Shown here piece after piece: positions 1 through 6,396 of a stretch of DNA of 32,000 nt (positions are counted from its first letter, which is position 1; each line of letters opens with the position of its first letter). The translations under genes were made by a program, and so were the position numbers. The DNA comes from Gemmata obscuriglobus (GTDB taxonomy: Bacteria; Planctomycetota; Planctomycetia; Gemmatales; Gemmataceae), in the NCBI RefSeq assembly GCF_008065095.1, contig NZ_CP042911.1:4320001-4352000 (forward strand), written 5' to 3'. Below the pieces are notes generated by a model, which saw only the letters and a program-made list of their open reading frames with translations, had not been told where the DNA came from and made no database searches.

Positions 1-1048
1 TGAAGCCGTACATCGTCTCGCGCATCGACTTGCTGTAGTCGTGCGGCCCCTCGAAGACCGCGTGTTGCAGGTTGTCCGGCTTCCCGAGCAGCTTGAAGAC
101 AGGCGCAGTGAAGGCGAGTGTCTTCTTTGCCTCGCTGACCGAAAACTGGATGCCGTCGTTCGTCGCGTTCACGACGCACAGCGCGCGCGGGGCGGTCAGC
201 GCGAGGACGGCCCACTCCTCGGTGAACTTCAGCGCGCCGGGGACCACCTCGCACATGCAGCACGCCGTTTGAAGGTACGCCTGATAGCTACCGACCGAGC
301 ATACCGGCATCACGGCTTTTAACCGCTTGTCCCAAGCTCCGGCGTACATCGTCTGGTTGCCGCCGCCGCTGGCGCCGGTGATGCCGATGCGCGTCTTGTC
401 CACCTCCGTGCGGGTTTCGAGGTAATCGACCGCCCGCATGTTCTCGTACACCTGCAACCCCGACAGCGGCAGACCGATGGGGAGCAACGTGGCGGCGGTC
501 ATGTCGCCGTGGTACTCGCCCAGGGCGGTCCCGACCCCGCGCTCGCCGGCGCCGAACGCGTCCACGCACAGCACGACGAACCCGAGCTTCGCGGCGCCGA
601 TGCACCGGGACTGTACCACCGGGTCCTGTTTGGCGCCTTTCCAGTGGCCGTGGACCTGCAAGATCGCGGGCGCGGGTTTCGTTTTCGCGGAATCGGGGAC
701 GTACAGGTTGCAGGTCATACGGACACCGGGGCGCGTCTGGATGGTGAGCTTCTCGACGGTGTACCCGTCGCGCGTGAGCGGCTCCCCGTGTCGCTTCGGG
801 TCAAGGTCGCACGGCTTCGGCAGGAAGCACGCCTCTCCACCCCATGCATCGAACAGGTTCTTGCGCAGTTCGGTTTCGATCTTCTCCCACTCGGCGATCG
901 TGGCCGGAGGTTTGTCGCCTTTTCGTAGTTCTGCGGCTTGCTTGAGAACGAACGCCTGGTACTGCTTGTTGGCCGGAATTTCATCGCCAGCGAGAACGGC
1001 GAGTGGCGCGCCGAATAGCGCGAGGAGAGTGAGTGCGGATCGTGACAT
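1..1048 (-). CDS. secreted alpha/beta-fold hydrolase (dienelactone hydrolase / acetyl-xylan-esterase-like); 3' end lies outside the window
   Basis: Not in the ORF track because the frame is open at the left edge. My translation from ATG (1048-1046) runs uninterrupted to base 2: MSRSALTLLALFGAPLAVLAG (signal-peptide-like) ... PAILQVHGHWKG ... TRIGITGASGGGNQTMY (GxSxG nucleophile elbow, Ser codon 370-368) ... FEGPHDYSK. Fold assignment is by motif recall only. Confidence 0.75.
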   Translation of the reverse strand, partial: MSRSALTLLALFGAPLAVLAGDEIPANKQYQAFVLKQAAELRKGDKPPATIAEWEKIETELRKNLFDAWGGEACFLPKPCDLDPKRHGEPLTRDGYTVEKLTIQTRPGVRMTCNLYVPDSAKTKPAPAILQVHGHWKGAKQDPVVQSRCIGAAKLGFVVLCVDAFGAGERGVGTALGEYHGDMTAATLLPIGLPLSGLQVYENMRAVDYLETRTEVDKTRIGITGASGGGNQTMYAGAWDKRLKAVMPVCSVGSYQAYLQTACCMCEVVPGALKFTEEWAVLALTAPRALCVVNATNDGIQFSVSEAKKTLAFTAPVFKLLGKPDNLQHAVFEGPHDYSKSMRETMYGF

Positions 1049-1341
1049 GAGACCACCAGAGGAGGGCAGGGCCGATGGCGATTAGTGTGACGGAGGCGAG
1101 GTGAGAGTGCAACAGAGTAGAGCGGCGAGACGTGCTCGACGTGTTGGTGGTGCGACGGGACAAATCAGCGACCAGTGCTTCGTCAGCGCGACGGTTCACA
1201 CTGACGAAACGATCGAATACCCCGAGCCGTTCGCGCGGGTAACGCTCGTGGAACGCCGGGCGGAAAGTGTCCCGCTTGGGGGCATGGTGAGCCCGAGACG
1301 AGGGCGTGTGGCACCCAAAGCCCGATGGAGGGCCGAGAAGA

Positions 1342-1420
1342 TTTTGACAGGATCGACAGGATAAACAGGATAAAGACAAATCAGTTTGAAATCCTGTTTA
1401 TCCTGTCGATCCTGTGAAAA
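1342..1420. repeat. near-perfect 30-bp-arm palindrome composed of six ACAGGAT/ATCCTGT heptamers at 9-bp spacing
   Basis: 1342-1371 (ttttgacaggatcgacaggataaacaggat) is the reverse complement of 1391-1420 at 29/30 positions, with a 19-nt AT-rich spacer. ACAGGAT starts at 1347, 1356 and 1365; ATCCTGT starts at 1391, 1400 and 1409. It lies in a 445-bp gap with no convincing ORF. Confidence 0.9.
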
Positions 1421-1493
1421 TATGTCTTCACGAGTATGAGGCACGCGGGCCGAAACGAAGCCGCGACTATCCGCCTCTTCAAGCCCCCAGCCC

Positions 1494-3155
1494 TTACCGC
1501 GTTTCGGGCTTGCTGGCGGCTTCGGCTTCGTGGGCGTCGATCAGCCCGTCGCCGTCGCGGTCGAGACGCCGGAAGTCGTCTTCCGATCCCAGGAACTCGC
1601 GCCGGGACACGTCGCCGTCGCGGTTCCGATCCATCTTCTGGAACCAGGTCGGACCCACTGCCGATCGCGGTTCCCGGGGCCGGTCGATGGGCGCCTCGAT
1701 CAACCACGGGCCGGCGGGGTGGCTCGCGAGCGTCACCCGTAAGTGCTGCGGTACATCCGCCAAACGGAACGACCCGTTCTTTGCGGTGGCGAAGTGCTTT
1801 GTCAGCTTCGGCAACTGTCGCAACTCGCGCTGCGACAGTTGCCCGTTGCCGTCCGCGTCGATGATTCCGAACAAGCCGTGCCCCGCCTCGGTCACGTTTG
1901 CGGCGACCAGCCCACGCGCCGCCAGAGTCGCCAGCGGCTGGATCTTGTCCAGGGCCGCGAGCAGTTCCTTCTCGAAGACCTTGCCGTCGCCGTCGGCGTC
2001 GATCAGAGGGAGCAGGTCGCGGAAGAGGTCACTCCTTCGGATCTCGGCGGCGTCCAGGTACCCGTTGGCGTCGCGATCGAATTGACGGAACGTATTTACG
2101 TACAGGCCGCGCGGGTCGGCGCCGGCGCTCGTCGGCACGAAGTCGATTCGTATACCCGGTCCCGCCAAGGAAACGTTTGCTCCTTGGTTTCCCATGGTCA
2201 CGGTAAGGTCCGCTTTTCCCACCGAGAGGACGGCTGCCGGGGATTTGTCCGGCGGTACCTGACCGAGTTGCAATGCGAGGTCGGCCGCGGGCGGGCACCC
2301 GCCCCCGAACCGCGCCAGTTCCTCCGGATCGAGTTCGTCGTCCCCGTCCCGATCGAGCGCGGCGAACGCTTCGGCCGTGAGGTTCAGATCGGCCTTCGTG
2401 AGCCGTCGGGCCGGGACGTCGTCTTTCCGTTTGGGCTGGTACCAACTGAGCAACTGCTTCGCGAGAACGGGATCGCTTTTCCGCGATGCCACGCGCAACC
2501 CGAACCGGGGGAACGAACTCGCACCCGGCTCGTGGCTCAGAGTTACCGGCGGGTCCGTTCGGCCGAGCCACCCGCGCACCTCTGCGGCGCTGATCAGTTC
2601 GTTCTCGTCCGTATCGAGTTTCCCCAGCGCAGCCGGTCCGGCTGTCAGCTCGTCCGGGGACAGTTTCCCGTCCGCGTTGGAATCGAGCGCCTCGAACAGC
2701 GCTTTGTCGAGCGCCTGGCCCGCTCCGACCGCATTTCCTCGAACCGGGCGCCGGAAGACCGGCGCGACGCCACCGGAAATGAGCGCGCGGAGCGGTCCGA
2801 GATCGTTCGCCCGCAAGTACTCCATAAGCCCGTCGCGGGTCAACGCGGGCGCTGCGGGCAGCGGGAAACCGGTCCGGACAGTCAACAGCGTGAGCGTCGG
2901 CGGAAGGCGAGCCAGTTCCGCTCCTTCGAGCGTGCCGTTGTTGTTCGCGTCGAGGTGCGTGAACAGGGCTCGCGCGAAGGACTCCCACTCCACAACCAAC
3001 GGCTTGCCGTCCACCGCGACATCTAGCCGAACGAGCACCGGCCGCGTGGCCGTAATGCACACGAGGTTGAGGGGCTCGGACTTCTGCTCGGCCGCGGTGC
3101 TCGAGAGCGCGGTCGCGAGCAGGATCACCGGAATGAAAGTGACGCGCGTGCTCAC
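1494..3155 (-). CDS. secreted multi-EF-hand calcium-binding protein (nine EF-hand loops)
   Basis: 553-aa ORF. The GTG start (3155-3153) is preceded by AAGGAGGTG (3169-3161) with a 5-nt spacer. The N-terminus is signal-peptide-like (VILLATALSSTAAEQ). Nine 12-residue DxDxDG-type loops are present: DANNNGTLEGAE, DSNADGKLSPDE, DTDENELISAAE, DRDGDDELDPEE, DRDANGYLDAAE, DADGDGKVFEKE, DADGNGQLSQRE, DRNRDGDVSRRE, DRDGDGLIDAHE. Confidence 0.85.
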   Translation of the reverse strand: MSTRVTFIPVILLATALSSTAAEQKSEPLNLVCITATRPVLVRLDVAVDGKPLVVEWESFARALFTHLDANNNGTLEGAELARLPPTLTLLTVRTGFPLPAAPALTRDGLMEYLRANDLGPLRALISGGVAPVFRRPVRGNAVGAGQALDKALFEALDSNADGKLSPDELTAGPAALGKLDTDENELISAAEVRGWLGRTDPPVTLSHEPGASSFPRFGLRVASRKSDPVLAKQLLSWYQPKRKDDVPARRLTKADLNLTAEAFAALDRDGDDELDPEELARFGGGCPPAADLALQLGQVPPDKSPAAVLSVGKADLTVTMGNQGANVSLAGPGIRIDFVPTSAGADPRGLYVNTFRQFDRDANGYLDAAEIRRSDLFRDLLPLIDADGDGKVFEKELLAALDKIQPLATLAARGLVAANVTEAGHGLFGIIDADGNGQLSQRELRQLPKLTKHFATAKNGSFRLADVPQHLRVTLASHPAGPWLIEAPIDRPREPRSAVGPTWFQKMDRNRDGDVSRREFLGSEDDFRRLDRDGDGLIDAHEAEAASKPETR

Positions 3156-4498
3156 GACACCACCTCCTTTAGCGGAACCCCGACCGAGTCGACCAGCCGG
3201 ATGGGCCGGCCGATGTGCGAGAGGTTCTGTTTCGCCGGGTCGAGACCGAGCGCCGTGCAGACCGTCGCCAGCAGATCCGGCACCGATACCGGGCGGTCCT
3301 TAACCTCCATCCCGTCCGCGCTCGTCGCGCCGACCGCTTGCCCGCCCCTGATCCCGCCGCCAGCGAGAACGGTGGACCACGCGTTGGCCCAGTGGTCGCG
3401 GCCCGTGTTCGAGTTGATGCGCGGGGTGCGCCCGAACTCCCCCATCCACACGATCGTGGTGGTGTCGAGGAGCCCGCGGGCCTCCAGGTCGTCCATCAGC
3501 GCGGCCCACGCCGGGTCGAGGACGCCGCACAGCTTTTTCACGGCGTCGAAGTTGTTGTCGTGCGTGTCCCAGCCGATCCCGTTGTTCACCCCCGGCGCGG
3601 ACGAGAGCGTGACCTCGACGAACGGCACCCCGCGCTCCACAAGCCTGCGCGCGAGCAGACACCCCTGGCCGAACAGGTTGCGCCCGTACTGGTCGCGGAG
3701 CGCGTCTTTTTCTTGAGTCAGGTTGAACGCCTCGCCCCCGGCGGCCCGCATGAGCGCCGCCGCCCGCCGGTACGCGGTGCGGTGCGCCTCCCCGGCCGCG
3801 TCCGGGTGGTCGGCGAGGAACTCCGCGTCCATACCGTCCCGGAACGCGGAGCGGGCGGCCCCGCGCTCCGCGGAGACCTCGGCGGGGCGGTCGAGGTCCT
3901 GCACGCGCAGCACCCGGCTGATGTCATCGGCCGGGGGATCGGCGGCGTTCTCCGCCACGACGAGCGGCGCGTACCGCGGGCCGAGGAACCCGGGGGCGTA
4001 CGCTTCGGGGCTGAGCTGCCGGAACGGCGCGACGCTGACGAACGCCGGCATTTCGGCGCCGGGCCGGATGAGTTCCTTGCCGACGAACGAGCCGAGCGTG
4101 GGGTAGCGGAGCGGCCCGCCGGGCACGCGCCCGGTTCGCATCAGGTAGCTCCCGCGATTGTGGTCGGCTTCCTTGGTGACCATGCCCCGGACGATGGCGA
4201 GTTTGTCGGCCCGCTGAGCGAGCTTCGGGAGGTACTCGCTGATGCGGACGCCGGGGGCCTTCGTGCGGATCGGTCTCACCGGCCCGCCGTTGGCGTGTTC
4301 CGGCTTCGGGTCGAAGGTGTCGAGCTGGCTCGGCCCGCCGTTCATCCACAGGAGGATGCACGCCCGCTTGCGCGCCGGGTCGGCGCCCCCTTCGGCAGCG
4401 AGCCGCCCGAGCCAGCCGGAGAGGCTGACCCCGACGCTCGCCACGCCGGCCCGCAAGAAGTGCCGGCGGTCTAACCGTGAGCCGTGGCGTGAAGACAT
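3152..4498 (-). CDS. DUF1501 family protein (sulfatase/alkaline-phosphatase-like superfamily) with twin-arginine signal
   Basis: ORF 3152..4600. The preferred ATG at 4498 is preceded by GGGAGG (4509-4504) with a 5-nt spacer. Tat motif SRLDRRHFLRAGVASVG. Family-typical stretches: LWMNGGPSQLDTFDPKP, MGEFGRTPRIN, GRDHW. The stop overlaps the next gene's start (GTGA at 3152-3155). Confidence 0.9.
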   Translation of the reverse strand: MSSRHGSRLDRRHFLRAGVASVGVSLSGWLGRLAAEGGADPARKRACILLWMNGGPSQLDTFDPKPEHANGGPVRPIRTKAPGVRISEYLPKLAQRADKLAIVRGMVTKEADHNRGSYLMRTGRVPGGPLRYPTLGSFVGKELIRPGAEMPAFVSVAPFRQLSPEAYAPGFLGPRYAPLVVAENAADPPADDISRVLRVQDLDRPAEVSAERGAARSAFRDGMDAEFLADHPDAAGEAHRTAYRRAAALMRAAGGEAFNLTQEKDALRDQYGRNLFGQGCLLARRLVERGVPFVEVTLSSAPGVNNGIGWDTHDNNFDAVKKLCGVLDPAWAALMDDLEARGLLDTTTIVWMGEFGRTPRINSNTGRDHWANAWSTVLAGGGIRGGQAVGATSADGMEVKDRPVSVPDLLATVCTALGLDPAKQNLSHIGRPIRLVDSVGVPLKEVVS

Positions 4499-4557
4499 CG
4501 GAACCTCCCGGTGCGCGGTTCGGACCATACAGGGATGTCGACGCGAGTCGCCTGGGG

Positions 4558-6177
4558 TCAGTGGTTGAACAAGAACTCTGCGCTGTTCAATAGCGCCCAA
4601 AAGATGTCAGCAACGGCCTCGTCGCGTCGCGCCTTCTGGCCGCCACCAGCCGCGGCTTTCGCCACGAGCGCCATGGCTTTCTCCATCTCGTGCGCGGTCG
4701 GCGTGCGGGCCAATGCGGCTAGGTACACCGTCTCGATACGCCCCCGCTCGGTCAAGAACGGTGCGGTGAGCACCGCGGAGAGCAGTTCACTCCGCTCCGG
4801 ACTCGTTGCGCCGGTCACGAACGGTCCGTTCATCAGCGTGAGTGCCTGAATAATGGTCATCTCGTGATCGACGGGGCGCCCGGACTGCTGGCCGAACTTC
4901 ATTACGAATTCGGTCCGGGGGGTGTTGCGTGCCCCGAACCGCGGGTCGTCGCGGAGGTCGTCGGGCTGCCCGGTCGCGACCGCGAGGCTGTCGAAGAGCT
5001 GCTCGGCGGTCAGCCCGCGGAGCTGCTGGCGCGAGAACAGGGGCGCTGCGGCCGCGCGGCCGCGGCTCGTGAGCTGGTACGCCCGCGAGCCCGTGATTGC
5101 TTCGATCAGCCCTTTGAGGTCGTACCCGCTCTCCACAAACGCCTTGGCGAGTTCGTCGAGCAGTTCCGGGTGATGGGCCACTGCGTCCGGGCTGCCGGTC
5201 AACTCGTCGACCGGCTCGACCAATCCGACGCCGAACAGGTGCGCCCACACCCGGTTCACCGCGGCCCGGGCGAAGTACGGGTTCTCCCCTCCGGTCACCC
5301 ACTCCGCGAGGGTTTGGCGCGCTCCGACCTTGAACCGCCACCGCGGCTCGGTGCCGTCCGGGAACATCGCCTGAACGACCCGCTCGCTCCCCGGAACGAT
5401 CAGCTCGCGCCGGTCCAAGATCTCTTTGTCCGGTACCGCGAACCCAACGCCCCGCTCCTGCGAGCGGATGCCGCTGAAGAACGCCGCCAGGCCCCAGAAC
5501 TGGTCTCGGGTCCAGGTCGCGAACGGGTGATCGTGGCACTGGGCGCATTCCAGCCGGATGCCGAGGAATACGCGCGCCGATGCCGCCGCAAGGTTCTCCG
5601 GCTTCGCCTCTTTTGCGAGGTAGAACGCGACCGGACTCGTTACGCTGTCGCCCCTCAAGGCCTGCTGCGTCGTGTCACGGTCGACGGGCGTTGTCAGAAC
5701 GTCGCGGACCATCCGGTCGAACGGAACGTTCCGCTCGAACTCCCGCCGTAACCACTGCTCGAACCCCGGGGCCAGGAAATGAACCTGGAAGTTGGTGTCG
5801 GCTTCCGGCAGCAGCAAATGGCGCCACACGGCCGCGAAGTGCCGGGCGTAGGCCGGGCGGGCGAGCAACTCGGCGACCAGGGCGCGCCGCTTGTCCGCAC
5901 GCGCGCCCTCCAGGAACGCACGCGCCTCGGCCACCGATGGCACGCGCCCGGCCAGGTCGAGGTACACGCGGCGAAGGAACTCCGTGTCGCTTGCCGGTGC
6001 GGCCGGGGTGATATTGTTCTTCGCCCACGCCGATTCCAGCGCGCGGTCGATTTTCGTTGCGAGAGCGGGTACGGACGGAGGTCCCGGTCGCGCCGGCCTC
6101 GTCGGCTCCGCGCCGACCGCAGGGTACGGGGCCGCGAGCAGTGCGCCCGTAACCGAACCCAACAGCAAATGGTACAT
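4558..6177 (-). CDS. DUF1549 (PSCyt2) / DUF1553 (PSD1) domain protein, exported
   Basis: ORF 4558..6315. The preferred ATG at 6177 gives a signal-peptide-like N-terminus (MYHLLLGSVTGALLAAPYPAVGA). Motifs: FLRRVYLDLAGRVPS and RLECAQCHDHPF (DUF1549-type), NRVWAHLFGVGLVEPVDEL (DUF1553-type). It is the classic partner of the adjacent DUF1501 gene. Confidence 0.9.
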   Translation of the reverse strand: MYHLLLGSVTGALLAAPYPAVGAEPTRPARPGPPSVPALATKIDRALESAWAKNNITPAAPASDTEFLRRVYLDLAGRVPSVAEARAFLEGARADKRRALVAELLARPAYARHFAAVWRHLLLPEADTNFQVHFLAPGFEQWLRREFERNVPFDRMVRDVLTTPVDRDTTQQALRGDSVTSPVAFYLAKEAKPENLAAASARVFLGIRLECAQCHDHPFATWTRDQFWGLAAFFSGIRSQERGVGFAVPDKEILDRRELIVPGSERVVQAMFPDGTEPRWRFKVGARQTLAEWVTGGENPYFARAAVNRVWAHLFGVGLVEPVDELTGSPDAVAHHPELLDELAKAFVESGYDLKGLIEAITGSRAYQLTSRGRAAAAPLFSRQQLRGLTAEQLFDSLAVATGQPDDLRDDPRFGARNTPRTEFVMKFGQQSGRPVDHEMTIIQALTLMNGPFVTGATSPERSELLSAVLTAPFLTERGRIETVYLAALARTPTAHEMEKAMALVAKAAAGGGQKARRDEAVADIFWALLNSAEFLFNH

Positions 6178-6360
6178 GACAACGGCCTCGTTCACGGTTC
6201 GGTAGCTCGCCACTGCTCCGCTCTTTGGTTCAGCGGCGCAGGCACGAATGCCCGGATTGAGTGTTAGGTCAAGTACAGTCGTTTCCGGGTTCCAAGGTGA
6301 AAGCCCGCGGAGCACACGCCCCGGGCCATTCGTGTGTCTTCAGACGCACATGGAAAATGA

Positions 6361-6385
6361 AACCTGAAACTACCGAGATCAGGTT
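6361..6385 (-). terminator. weak candidate intrinsic terminator after the WD40 gene
   Basis: aacctga (6361-6367) pairs with tcaggtt (6379-6385) around an 11-nt loop, 12 nt after the stop at 6397. On the minus strand it is followed by TCATTTTCC. The stem is short and AT-rich. Confidence 0.25.
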
Positions 6386-6396
6386 GTGACGCGGCG

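Noticed and set aside
1743-3026. 427-aa plus-strand ORF antisense to the EF-hand gene. The same phenomenon occurs at 3215-4474, 10849-12300, 14283-15440 and 15598-16227.
   Set aside because: The translations are Arg/Gly/Pro-rich low-complexity strings with no motifs. The opposite strand carries clear domain signatures. Long antisense ORFs are expected in GC-rich DNA because stop codons are rare.
1494-3155. Lanmodulin-like lanthanide-binding protein
   Set aside because: Lanmodulin EF loops characteristically have Pro at loop position 2. None of the nine loops here do (DANNNG, DSNADG, DRDGDD and so on), so ordinary Ca2+ binding is the conservative reading.
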